Shown: in pieces, positions 7,620 through 16,743 of the stretch | Numbering within the stretch: position 1 is the first letter of the stretch | Layout: each line of letters starts with the position of its first letter | Assembly (NCBI GenBank): GCA_017560225.1 | Contig: JAFYOJ010000090.1 | Span: 1,386-65,385 of the forward strand | DNA length: 64,000 nt | Direction: 5' to 3' | Origin: Clostridia bacterium | GTDB lineage: Bacteria; Bacillota; Clostridia; UBA1212; UBA1255 | The notes under the pieces: generated by a model | What the model was told of the DNA's origin: nothing | The model's database searches: none | Seen by the model: only the letters and a program-made list of their open reading frames with translations | Position numbers and translations under genes: made by a program

Positions 7620-9200
7620 TTAACCGATCAAACGCTCAATGATTTTTTCATACTGCAGCGCATCTTCCCGACAGGCTTCTGCCGGCTGTACAGGAAGACG
7701 ATTTTTCTTGCGCGTTCTGCTTTCGCTGTGAGTCACTTCGCCTAAATACAGTTCTTTACCCACAATTTTTGCCAGTTGATCCCGTTTCGGGGACGCGCCT
7801 TCACAATAGTCCCAGGCCACAAAACGCACTTTAGAGAAAACCAAGCGCTTATTGTCCGCCAAGGACACATAATAATCCCGATAAGACTCCAAATCCTCCA
7901 CACTGGAAAGCGGCGTTGTAATCACGCAGCTGCAATAGCGCATAAAACAGTCCACAACAGCAGGATCATCCTGTCGCTCTGCCGTAAATAACACCAAATC
8001 AAAATTTCCGTGACACCAATCAAAAAACTGATCAAAATCCGACTCCGTACGCAACGGAAGCTCCAGCAGAAGTTTCCCCGACCCTACAAACAACTTGTCC
8101 GAGCAAGCGTGAAGCAAGCCCCGCTGCACCCACTGATTACTGGTACGCAAATACAAAGACTGATGATCAAAAATAAAAGGATAATAATCTTCACAAACCA
8201 ATTCGCTCAATTGATTTAAATTTAAAAAATAATATTCCAAATTGCGTTGCCCTTTTTCCGAAACTGCGAATACGCCGGTGCGAAGCCCTAACAAATCCGA
8301 TGCAACGTGGGCCATTTCACTGGCGAAACAAGCATTGCAGTCCACCATAACCGAATATTTCCGATAATTCCCCAGCACACGAACACCATCCTGTCGTTCT
8401 GCCCGCACCGTATCCAAGGACAATATTTTCTTATCTTTTCTCCTTTTTCTCCGGGCAACATCAATCAAAGCTTCTTTCAATTCGCCCACGTGACCATACC
8501 GGCCGGCGGGGTCCGGATGAATACACTTCATAATAATCTGCCCGCAAGGAAAATCCCCTTCCAGCGTCCCCGGATATTCCTCCTTCCCTGTAAGCATCGT
8601 GTATAAAATAACACCCAGAGAATAAATATCACAGGTTATATCCGGAGATCCGAAAATCACCTCCGGCGCCGTATAGTAACAGCTGCCTAATTTTCGCGTT
8701 GCAGAAACTGCGCCGGACGACTCCGATTCTTTCTCCAGCCGAATGGCCGCCTCGTAGTCCACCAACGTGATCCCGAAGATACCGGTTTCAACGTCCCCCC
8801 GAATCATAATATTGGCGGGTTTCAAATCCACAAAAGCAATAGCGCCCCGCTTATTCCAATGAAGAAAAGAAAGTGCGTCACATAGCGCCTTTAGAATCTC
8901 CACGCTTTGCTCAAAAGAAAGGGCACCCTCGCGACGAATCAAATCCGAAAGGGTTTCTCCCGGAATCCATTCTTCTGCTAAATACCGAACCCCATCTTCT
9001 TCAAAAGTACAAATAAATTTAGGCGTATACGGACTGTCAATTCCCGTCAACATCGCAATTTCATTGTTCGCCTGTTCATCTCCCCCACGCCAACATTTCA
9101 GAAAAACATCCTGTTTGCTACCGTCATCATAGGCGCGATACGTACGATGGGTACACAAAGTTTCCCGTACCGTAAAACGGTTCCAGATTTGCTCACACAT
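7620..9200 (-). CDS. Atypical Ser/Thr protein kinase-like domain fused to a C-terminal degenerate ParA/MinD-like domain
   Basis: Kinase subdomains are recognizable: VFLKCW (VAIK Lys), FVDLKPANIMI (HRDLKPxN with the catalytic Asp but no His-Arg), LVDYE (DFG position), YYTAPE (APE). The Gly-rich loop is absent. The C-terminal 300 aa has the ParA/MinD-type motif DLVLFTAERQDDPAVVDCFMRYCSCVITTPLSSVEDL without a Walker A. Start set to the first ATG (M38) with GGGGAGAG RBS; the track M1 is TTG. Confidence 0.6.
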   Translation of the reverse strand: MCEQIWNRFTVRETLCTHRTYRAYDDGSKQDVFLKCWRGGDEQANNEIAMLTGIDSPYTPKFICTFEEDGVRYLAEEWIPGETLSDLIRREGALSFEQSVEILKALCDALSFLHWNKRGAIAFVDLKPANIMIRGDVETGIFGITLVDYEAAIRLEKESESSGAVSATRKLGSCYYTAPEVIFGSPDITCDIYSLGVILYTMLTGKEEYPGTLEGDFPCGQIIMKCIHPDPAGRYGHVGELKEALIDVARRKRRKDKKILSLDTVRAERQDGVRVLGNYRKYSVMVDCNACFASEMAHVASDLLGLRTGVFAVSEKGQRNLEYYFLNLNQLSELVCEDYYPFIFDHQSLYLRTSNQWVQRGLLHACSDKLFVGSGKLLLELPLRTESDFDQFFDWCHGNFDLVLFTAERQDDPAVVDCFMRYCSCVITTPLSSVEDLESYRDYYVSLADNKRLVFSKVRFVAWDYCEGASPKRDQLAKIVGKELYLGEVTHSESRTRKKNRLPVQPAEACREDALQYEKIIERLIG

Positions 9201-9343
9201 ATAACTCTCCCCCAATAATTTTTTCTCCCTGATTTTCAGGGAAGCACATTGTAGCACTCCCCATTTTCCTTGTCCACGCGTCTTAGCATTATTTCCCAAA
9301 ATGTACAACAAATGAACTTTCGATCCGGCGGCAAAACAAGGAA

Positions 9344-9371
9344 GGACGCCGTTTTTAAACCAACGGCGTCC
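9344..9371. terminator. GC-rich hairpin (ggacgccgtt-loop-aacggcgtcc) between cwlD and the kinase-like gene; putative intrinsic terminator
   Basis: 10-bp perfect inverted repeat with an 8-nt loop, flanked by T-rich tracts on both sides. Confidence 0.4.
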
Positions 9372-9402
9372 CTAAACGTTTTTTCTTTTATTTCCCAAAA
9401 CT

Positions 9403-10221
9403 TTACAATTCTGCAGGGCTCATAGTGGTAAAATAATCATCAATTCCCATCTTAATTGCCTCTGCAATACGTTTTTGATAATCCGCATTGACCAAACGCA
9501 TTTCTTCCGCTTCATTGGACAAAAAACCACATTCCACAATAGTGGTAGTCACTTTACAATCCTTTGTAATCAAGATATCTTCTGCTTTCAACAGCGCTTC
9601 TCGCGTATTGGACTCATCCAAATGTCCCCGCAAAGCATCTTGCAATGCAATGGCCAACTTCTTACTGGATACAGACTGCTTGGTATAGAACGTTTGGGCA
9701 CCGGAATACCGTTCATCGGTAAAAGCATTCAAATGAATACTGACCACAATATCCCCACCACTTTCGTCCATCATTTTCTTTCGTGCCTGCAAATCCTGCC
9801 GCCGTTTTCCCGTCATGGACAAATCCGAATCCGTGTAGTTCAAAATATCCTCACTACGGGTTAAAATAACCGTATATCCGTCTGCTTCCAACAGTTTCTT
9901 CGTTTCTAACGTAATGGCTAATGTAATATCTTTTTCTTTCGCACCGCTGAATTTGCTCACTGCACCGGGATCTTCGCCCCCGTGGCCCGCATCCAATACT
10001 ACCGTCTTCCCTGCTTGCGTCAGCGTTTCCACCCACTCCAAAGAAACATCCGCATCGCCCGCAGGTTCCGCCATAGACGAAGCATTTTCCCCGGAAACCA
10101 CCTGAACACCCACCAAGGTGACCACCAGCAGCAAAATCAAACCCAATAACATTACATTTGTTTTTCTGAATAAAAGAATCAACGACGACACGCCTTTCAC
10201 ACAAATTGCTTGATTCAACAA
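9403..10221 (-). CDS. cwlD: N-acetylmuramoyl-L-alanine amidase (amidase_3), CwlD-like germination-specific
   Basis: N-terminal membrane anchor plus the VVLDAGHGGEDPGAVS amidase_3 signature. The start is ambiguous: track M1 is TTG, ATG at 10152, TTG at 10182. Confidence 0.7.
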   Translation of the reverse strand: MLNQAICVKGVSSLILLFRKTNVMLLGLILLLVVTLVGVQVVSGENASSMAEPAGDADVSLEWVETLTQAGKTVVLDAGHGGEDPGAVSKFSGAKEKDITLAITLETKKLLEADGYTVILTRSEDILNYTDSDLSMTGKRRQDLQARKKMMDESGGDIVVSIHLNAFTDERYSGAQTFYTKQSVSSKKLAIALQDALRGHLDESNTREALLKAEDILITKDCKVTTTIVECGFLSNEAEEMRLVNADYQKRIAEAIKMGIDDYFTTMSPAEL

Positions 10222-10236
10222 TATGTGCGCAAGGGG

Positions 10237-11067
10237 TTATATATGCATAATATCTTCGTATTGACCGCCTAATTTATAAATAGCAGAGGCAATTTCTCTA
10301 CACCATTCCATATTAAGGGGCATCTGACGAACCAAGGATTCCAAATATTTACGCAGCACAAGAATGGCGCCGGGATTGCCGTAGTCCCCCAGCAATACCC
10401 CCAAGAACTGTTTCTCCTCTGCGTCTTTCGCTTCTTTAAAATACCGTTTCAAAATGCCATACAGGGTATCACGACGAATATCCGACTCACAAAGGTAATT
10501 CAAAAGGCCAATTTGAATGCCGCGATGGAAGGTTTCTGTGGTCAAGAAACACTCTAATTGTTGATTTTTTGTATGCAGCAAGCCTTTCATCAGTTTCTCC
10601 GGCACAAATTCATGTTCCAAAGGAATCTTCGGCAACCATTCTACACAAAACTCCCCAAAATCCTCCGGATAAACACATTCCAACAGGAAAAATGCCTCCG
10701 CAAACTGATTCATACGCCGCACCGTAGGGGCATCCACCTGTTCTTCCCAATCCAAAACCAACAAGTCTTCTGCAAGATAGGTTTTGAGCAAAGCCTTGGT
10801 CTTCTCGCCATCCCACGCCGCACTGTTTCTGGCCACGTGCAAAAGTACGGTATCGCCCGCTTCTAATTGGGTTTGCAAGATTTGAAAGCATTCTTCCGGC
10901 GTCCATGCAGGCAGCATTTTCTTCTCCTGAATCCACTGTTCTTCGCATCGCTCCCGTAAAATGGCATCATTCCAACAAGGTACTCCCTCGGATAAATATG
11001 CGAAGTAGTACGCCTCAAAATCTTTAAAGATTTCTTTTGGGAAAATGGGTGGTTGCTGTTCAGCCAT
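10237..11067 (-). CDS. hypothetical protein
   Basis: ATG at M3 with AGTGAGG RBS. Helical, acidic. No recognizable motifs. Confidence 0.5.
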   Translation of the reverse strand: MAEQQPPIFPKEIFKDFEAYYFAYLSEGVPCWNDAILRERCEEQWIQEKKMLPAWTPEECFQILQTQLEAGDTVLLHVARNSAAWDGEKTKALLKTYLAEDLLVLDWEEQVDAPTVRRMNQFAEAFFLLECVYPEDFGEFCVEWLPKIPLEHEFVPEKLMKGLLHTKNQQLECFLTTETFHRGIQIGLLNYLCESDIRRDTLYGILKRYFKEAKDAEEKQFLGVLLGDYGNPGAILVLRKYLESLVRQMPLNMEWCREIASAIYKLGGQYEDIMHI

Positions 11068-11077
11068 TTTCAATGCC

Positions 11078-11737
11078 TCACTGTTTCTTCATGGCTTTCT
11101 TACGTGCCTTTTCTTCTTGTCTGATCCGCTTGGGTTTTGGATAGAAAATGTTATGCAAGAATTTATTCTTAATATCCCACTTGATAATCCGTTTCCCGTG
11201 GAAACCCATATAGTAACCAAATGTAGAAAACACAATGATCAAGAGACCGGGAATCAAACAGTTCCAATAGGATACAGACGGAATGGGACAAAGTTCCCCT
11301 ACCGGTCCTTCAATCAAGCGGAAAAACCAGTAAAAGGGCATGCACAACGCCAGACGCACATAAGCGTTCAATACTTCAATCACAAATTTAGGGTGGGACA
11401 CAATTACGTATTCATTGGCTACCCCAATCATCACGTATTCAAGCAGCATAATAATTACATACGCAATGGCGCCACAAACCAAGCCTTTCCAAGGATAACG
11501 CACCCATTTATAGGGTTTCCGGTCATCCTCGCCAAAGCCATGCATAATACAATACGTTATGATACAAAAAACAATAGTAGAGAAAAGGGTATAGCTACTA
11601 AACCAAAAGTCCGGTGTCATATACCCGCTCAGCACAATGACAATTAAAGGGAATGCAGCCCAAGCCAGTACTACGGTTAAGACATAGCACAGCAGAACAT
11701 TTCTGATTCCCTTTAAATGTGTCTTGAAATTCTCCAC
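11078..11737 (-). CDS. hypothetical polytopic membrane protein
   Basis: GTG start with perfect AAGGAG RBS (6-nt spacer). Five or six predicted TM helices. Lys-rich C-terminus. Confidence 0.5.
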   Translation of the reverse strand: MENFKTHLKGIRNVLLCYVLTVVLAWAAFPLIVIVLSGYMTPDFWFSSYTLFSTIVFCIITYCIMHGFGEDDRKPYKWVRYPWKGLVCGAIAYVIIMLLEYVMIGVANEYVIVSHPKFVIEVLNAYVRLALCMPFYWFFRLIEGPVGELCPIPSVSYWNCLIPGLLIIVFSTFGYYMGFHGKRIIKWDIKNKFLHNIFYPKPKRIRQEEKARKKAMKKQ

Positions 11738-11747
11738 AAATAACTCC

Positions 11748-14420
11748 TTAAATCTGCGCCTTCAAAGCAACTACGCGAACGCTGTCGCTGATTGTCAGGT
11801 TGGACAAGTCCTCACCAAAGGCAATCAAGAGTTCCACGTCGCCCTTTGCAAGCATATCGGCCTCTTTTGCAGAAATCGCGCCAATGCCGCGAACTGCCAC
11901 ACCGTTTTGGTTGAAGCCTACTGCTAAATCTTCCCCTTCTGCCGCTTTCTTATTCCGAACAGCCGCATAAGTTGCACTGGCCTTCTGACGTCCTTCTTCA
12001 ATCACTTTGTTCAAAGAATTGGAAGCCACGAAAGCAACGTCTTGAGCAATCGCCAGAATCGCATCTACTTGTTGATTGGAACAAGTGGTACCTACCAAGA
12101 TCGCAACCTTAGAAGCATCCATAGACGCCATTGCCTCTTTTGCTGCAGCAACTTGATCCGTTACCGCGATCAACTTAGGCATTTCGAAACGTCCGCGAAC
12201 GCAAAGTACGTCTTGACCCTTACCCTTCTTGGGAAGTACACGGGTTACGCGGCTACCGCAAGAAGCAACCTGAACGTCACAACCTGCCTGACACATCACG
12301 CACTTGGCATCCTTCACAGTTTCCTTCACAGGAACTTGCTTATCCAAAGCAGAAATTTCCACCAAGGCACCGGTAGGACATACGCTTACGCAAAGTCCGC
12401 AGCCCAAACACTCAGTTTGAGACAAAGGCATACCCATCTCAGGCTGTACAATGGTATCAAAACCACGGCCCACAAGACCGAGAATGGTCTTGCCTGTAAT
12501 TTCTTCACAAGTACGGGCACACAGTCCGCAAAGTACACACTTATCAACATCGCGTACAAAGTACTTGCCGGCCGTCTTCATCTGTCTGTCGTGACGGTAA
12601 CCGCCAAAGCGATCCGGATCAATATCATACCGATTTGCGTAGTTGATCAACTTACACTCGAAGTAGTCCATACAGCCGCACTCTAAGCAACGTGCTGCTT
12701 CCTGCTGTGCTTCTTCCCGCGTAAAGCCGTGCATATATTCCTTAAAGTTGTTCTTACGCGCTTCCGCATGGGTATGTGCCATCTGTACTCTGTCAGAAGG
12801 TTCTTCCTTACGGTGCGCATACAATTCCTTCACTTGATCATCAGAAAGTTTCCGTTTGGAGTAGAATGCCGCCTTAGGCGCCTCTACTTTACCGGTACGC
12901 AAGTACTGATCCACTGCTTTCGCCGCTTTCTGGGCTTCGCCGATGGCTGCAACTGCAATGCCGGGGCCCTTGTTGGTGTCGTCACCGCAAGCAAAAACGC
13001 CGGGAACGGAAGTTGCAAAGGTTTGCTCGTCTGCAACGAACGTATTCTTTCTGGTGAGTTCCAAACCGTCGATGCCGGCAGGATTTACACCCTGACCGAT
13101 GGCCATAATAACCGTATCTACGGGGATAATCTCGAAAGCACCTTCAACAGGTACAGGGCTGCGACGGCCGGATGCATCGGGCTCGCCCAATTCCATCTTC
13201 TGCACTTTAACAGATACAACTTTGCCATTCTCATCGCCTATAATCTCAACAGGATTACAAAGGAACTTAAATACAACGCCTTCTTCCTCAGCCTCGCAAA
13301 TTTCAATATCTTCTGCAGGCATTTCAGCGCGGGTTCTTCTGTACAAAGTATAAACGTCTTTCGCACCTACGCGAACAGCGGTACGGCAAGCGTCCATAGC
13401 CGTGTTACCACCGCCGCAAATTGCAACGCTGTTTCCGATTGCCGGTGCGTTCCCAAGAGCAACGTCTCTCAAGAAATCGATACCGCCCAACACACCCTTC
13501 AAATCTTCTCCGGGTACGCGCATCTTACTGCTGGTCCATGCACCGATTGCAACGATCACCGCATCATTCTCTTTGCGAATGGTCTCAAAAGCAATGTCCT
13601 TGCCGATTTGAACACCGGTCTTGGCCTTTACGCCAAGGGCTTCAATCACGGCAATTTCCTGATCCAATACAGCCTTGGGAAGACGGTACTCAGGAATACC
13701 ATAACGAAGCATACCGCCCATCTTCGGCATCTGCTCGTAAATGGTTACGTCGTGACCCATGCCGGCAAGTTGTGTCGCTGCGGTCAAACCTGCAGGACCA
13801 CCACCGATAATAGCAACTTTCTTACCGGTAGAGCTAACCGGCTTTTGATAAACCTTGGCAGCTTCTTCCAAGCCAAGTGCCAAGTTCTTATCGGCAACGT
13901 AACGCTTTAAGAATGCAATAGAAACAGATTCATCCAACTGACCTCTGCGGCACTGCTTCTCACAAGGATGGGGACATACACGACCGATAGATGCAGGAAG
14001 AGGAATCTTCTCCATTACCAAACGAACCGCTTCTGCGTCCATACCATTTGCGATCATACCTACGTAACCTTGACAATCGGTTTCAGCAGGACACGCCAAC
14101 ATACAAGGCGGACGACAGTCGCCGGTGTGGTCTGTCATAAGCAATTCCAAAGCCACCTTGCGGGCCTGAATAACACGGGGAGTCTCGGTGTAATACTCCA
14201 TTCCTTCTGTACGCTCATTGACTTCCGTAGAGCAAGAACGAAGCAGTTTGCCACCGCCCTTCGCTTCAATCACACACATACCGCAAGCGCCATAGGACTT
14301 CACCTTAGGATCGTGACAAAGGGTAGGAATGTCAATACCAAAGCGAGCCGCTACGTCGGAAATCATCTCGCCGGCTTCTGCATAAACCGGAATATCGTTA
14401 ATCTTAAAATTTATACTCAT
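11748..14420 (-). CDS. Multi-FeS / GltD-like NAD(P)H flavoprotein fusion subunit of a NuoEF-type bifurcating oxidoreductase (StnC/HydA-N-terminal-like, no H-cluster)
   Basis: Domain order: 2Fe-2S ferredoxin (CHDPKVKSYGACGMC) -> His-ligated 4Fe-4S (HTGDCRPPCMLACP) -> GltD-like FAD/NAD(P)-binding (VAIIGGGPAGLTAA; AICGGGNTAMD) -> two 4Fe-4S ferredoxin motifs (CVLCGLCARTCEE; CLGCGLCVSVCP) -> truncated molybdopterin-type 4Fe-4S (CVMCQAGCDV...C). No TSCCPxW, MPCxxK or ExMACxxGCxxG hydrogenase motifs. Start set to M6 (GGAGG RBS). Confidence 0.7.
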   Translation of the reverse strand: MSINFKINDIPVYAEAGEMISDVAARFGIDIPTLCHDPKVKSYGACGMCVIEAKGGGKLLRSCSTEVNERTEGMEYYTETPRVIQARKVALELLMTDHTGDCRPPCMLACPAETDCQGYVGMIANGMDAEAVRLVMEKIPLPASIGRVCPHPCEKQCRRGQLDESVSIAFLKRYVADKNLALGLEEAAKVYQKPVSSTGKKVAIIGGGPAGLTAATQLAGMGHDVTIYEQMPKMGGMLRYGIPEYRLPKAVLDQEIAVIEALGVKAKTGVQIGKDIAFETIRKENDAVIVAIGAWTSSKMRVPGEDLKGVLGGIDFLRDVALGNAPAIGNSVAICGGGNTAMDACRTAVRVGAKDVYTLYRRTRAEMPAEDIEICEAEEEGVVFKFLCNPVEIIGDENGKVVSVKVQKMELGEPDASGRRSPVPVEGAFEIIPVDTVIMAIGQGVNPAGIDGLELTRKNTFVADEQTFATSVPGVFACGDDTNKGPGIAVAAIGEAQKAAKAVDQYLRTGKVEAPKAAFYSKRKLSDDQVKELYAHRKEEPSDRVQMAHTHAEARKNNFKEYMHGFTREEAQQEAARCLECGCMDYFECKLINYANRYDIDPDRFGGYRHDRQMKTAGKYFVRDVDKCVLCGLCARTCEEITGKTILGLVGRGFDTIVQPEMGMPLSQTECLGCGLCVSVCPTGALVEISALDKQVPVKETVKDAKCVMCQAGCDVQVASCGSRVTRVLPKKGKGQDVLCVRGRFEMPKLIAVTDQVAAAKEAMASMDASKVAILVGTTCSNQQVDAILAIAQDVAFVASNSLNKVIEEGRQKASATYAAVRNKKAAEGEDLAVGFNQNGVAVRGIGAISAKEADMLAKGDVELLIAFGEDLSNLTISDSVRVVALKAQI

Positions 14421-14434
14421 TGTCCTTACCTCCA

Positions 14435-16198
14435 TTAGTCCTTGACGATTGCACCGAACTTACAACTTTCGAAGCACTTACCGCACTTGATACACTTGTC
14501 TGCATCGATCACGTGAGCTTCTTTCACTTTGCCTGCGATAGCATCTACCGGACACTGGCGAGCGCAAAGGGTACAACCCTTACACTTATCCGCGTCGATG
14601 GTAAAATGAATCAAAGTCTTACAGTTGCCGGCAGGACATTTCTTATCCCGAATATGAGCTTCGTACTCATGACGGAAATAACGAATGGTAGTAAGTACAG
14701 GGTTCGGTGCCGTCTGGCCCAAACCACAAAGGGCACCATCCTTCACCGTAGTACAAAGTTCTTCCAAATTCTCAATGTCGCCTTCACGGCCTTCACCCTC
14801 CACGATACGAGTTAAGATTTCGTGAAGACGCTTAGTACCCAAACGGCAGTGTACACACTTACCGCAAGATTCCTTGGTGGTGAAATCCAAGAAGAAACGA
14901 GCCATATCCACCATACAAGTACTCTCGTCCATAACAACCATACCGCCGGAACCCATGATAGCACCGGTAGCACCCAGTTTCTTATAGTCAATCACCGTAT
15001 CCAGCAAGTCTGCAGGAATACAACCGCCGGAAGGACCGCCCATCTGAACGGCTTTGAATTCTGCATCATTCTTAATACCGCCGCCGATATCAAAGATAAC
15101 GTCGCGCAAAGTCTTACCCATAGGGATCTCCACAAGGCCTCCCTTGCGAATCTTACCGGTCAAAGCAAATACCTTGGTACCCTTGCTGTCTTCGGTACCC
15201 ATTGCAGCAAATGCTTCGCCGCCATGGAGCAAAATCCATGCAACGTTGGCAAAGGTTTCTACGTTGTTAATGTTAGAAGGCTTCTGCCAGTAACCCTTCT
15301 GTGCCGGGAACGGAGGCTTCAAACGAGGCATACCGCGCTGGCCTTCTAAGGATTCGATCAATGCTGTTTCCTCACCGCATACGAATGCACCGGCACCGGC
15401 TTTGATTCTCATCTTACAAGAAAAACCTGTGCCCAAAATGTTCTCACCCAAGAAACCGGCTTTCTCTGCCTGCTCAATAGCCTTGGTCAAACGAACAATA
15501 GCCAAAGGATACTCTGCGCGTACGTATACGACTGCTTCGGATGCACCGATGGCGTAGGCGCCGATCAACATACCCTCAATCAAATTATGAGGATCACTTT
15601 CGATAACCGCACGGTCCATAAATGCACCCGGGTCGCCCTCGTCCGCATTACAAATCAAATACTTCTGCTCGCCGGGAGAGCTCTTAGCCGCATTCCACTT
15701 AAACCAAGTGGGGAAACCTGCACCGCCACGGCCTGCCAGACCGGAAGTCTTAATCACTTCGATAACGTCGTCCGGCGTCATGGTCTTCAGTACTTTGGTC
15801 AAAGCCTGATAACCGTCAGCCGCCATATATTCTTCAATGCTCTCCGGATTGATATTACCGCAATGGCGAAGGGCAATTCGAGTTTGCTTTCTTAAATAGT
15901 CCTTGTCTTCCTCTGCAATTTCATAAGCTTTCAGTGCATCTGCATCTAAATTGCCGGATGCCACAGCTTCAGCTAACGCAAGAGCAAATTTCTCGTCCGC
16001 TTTGCAATAGGTACGACGTGCATCACCTTCGTAAACATCTACGATAGGCTCTAAATAACACATACCAATACAGCCGGTAATGGAAAGTGTAACTTCGGGA
16101 TTGCCGGATACTTTCTCGTTCAAAACATCATATACTTTGCCGGCACCGGCAGCAATACCACAGCTACCTTGTCCTACTTTAATTAAAAACTTACTCAT
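14435..16198 (-). CDS. NuoF/HydB-like NAD(P)H-binding flavoprotein subunit (FMN, 4Fe-4S) with N-terminal thioredoxin-like 2Fe-2S and C-terminal 2x[4Fe-4S]
   Basis: GAGAFVCGEETALIESLEG (FMN/NADH site), the SxGGxCxxC-type cluster motif region (ESCGKCVHCR), and C-terminal CKGCTLCARQCP / CIKCGKCFESC. ATGA overlap with the upstream NuoE-like gene. Confidence 0.85.
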   Translation of the reverse strand: MSKFLIKVGQGSCGIAAGAGKVYDVLNEKVSGNPEVTLSITGCIGMCYLEPIVDVYEGDARRTYCKADEKFALALAEAVASGNLDADALKAYEIAEEDKDYLRKQTRIALRHCGNINPESIEEYMAADGYQALTKVLKTMTPDDVIEVIKTSGLAGRGGAGFPTWFKWNAAKSSPGEQKYLICNADEGDPGAFMDRAVIESDPHNLIEGMLIGAYAIGASEAVVYVRAEYPLAIVRLTKAIEQAEKAGFLGENILGTGFSCKMRIKAGAGAFVCGEETALIESLEGQRGMPRLKPPFPAQKGYWQKPSNINNVETFANVAWILLHGGEAFAAMGTEDSKGTKVFALTGKIRKGGLVEIPMGKTLRDVIFDIGGGIKNDAEFKAVQMGGPSGGCIPADLLDTVIDYKKLGATGAIMGSGGMVVMDESTCMVDMARFFLDFTTKESCGKCVHCRLGTKRLHEILTRIVEGEGREGDIENLEELCTTVKDGALCGLGQTAPNPVLTTIRYFRHEYEAHIRDKKCPAGNCKTLIHFTIDADKCKGCTLCARQCPVDAIAGKVKEAHVIDADKCIKCGKCFESCKFGAIVKD

Positions 16199-16695
16199 GC
16201 CTGCTTCCCTCTCAATTCCCGGATAATCTCTTTCGCTTTAGAAGGAGTAAGAGAACCGTATGTTTCGTCATTGATCATCATAACAGGAGACAAACTGCAG
16301 CAGCCAAGGCAAGCTACCGTCTTCAAAGAGAACAAGCCGTCATCGGTGGTGTCGCCGTCTTTAATGCCTAACTCTTCTTCCAATGCCGCCTCTACCAACT
16401 TAGCCCCATTTACGTGACAAGCGGTACCCTGGCAAAGCAAAATCAAGTACTTACCAACGGGTTTAAAACGGAACTGGGTGTAGAAAGTCGCAACGCCCAA
16501 TACCTTTGCCGGTTTGATACCGGTCTTCTCCGCTACGTGCCACAAAACATCTGTGGGCAAATAACCGTATATATCCTGTGCATGTTGCAAAATCGTAATT
16601 AAACTGCCCGGTACACTTGCGTACTTAGCAAGTACCGGTTCCAACAAAGTAAGATCACTCTTACTACCGCATGTACAACAAAATTCTTTCTCCAT
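16195..16695 (-). CDS. NuoE/HydC-like 2Fe-2S thioredoxin-fold subunit
   Basis: 166 aa with CQGTACHVNG ... CLGCCSLSP cysteine pattern typical of the 24-kDa NuoE family. Confidence 0.85.
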   Translation of the reverse strand: MEKEFCCTCGSKSDLTLLEPVLAKYASVPGSLITILQHAQDIYGYLPTDVLWHVAEKTGIKPAKVLGVATFYTQFRFKPVGKYLILLCQGTACHVNGAKLVEAALEEELGIKDGDTTDDGLFSLKTVACLGCCSLSPVMMINDETYGSLTPSKAKEIIRELRGKQA

Positions 16696-16743
16696 ACTTT
16701 CGCTTCTTTCTATAAAAAATCTATTCCAATCAAATTGTAATCA

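Noticed and set aside
12729-13910. 393-aa plus-strand ORF
   Set aside because: Lies entirely antisense inside the strongly homologous minus-strand StnC-like gene, with no RBS. Long antisense ORFs are expected in GC-balanced coding DNA. Composition is Arg/Leu/Ser-skewed, typical of antisense frames.
11748-16695. Annotation as NADP-reducing [FeFe] hydrogenase (HndABCD-like) or NAD-dependent formate dehydrogenase
   Set aside because: No H-cluster motifs (TSCCPxW, MPCxxK, ExMACxxGCxxG) and no molybdopterin catalytic domain. Only its N-terminal 4Fe-4S module is present. So neither catalytic activity is supported.
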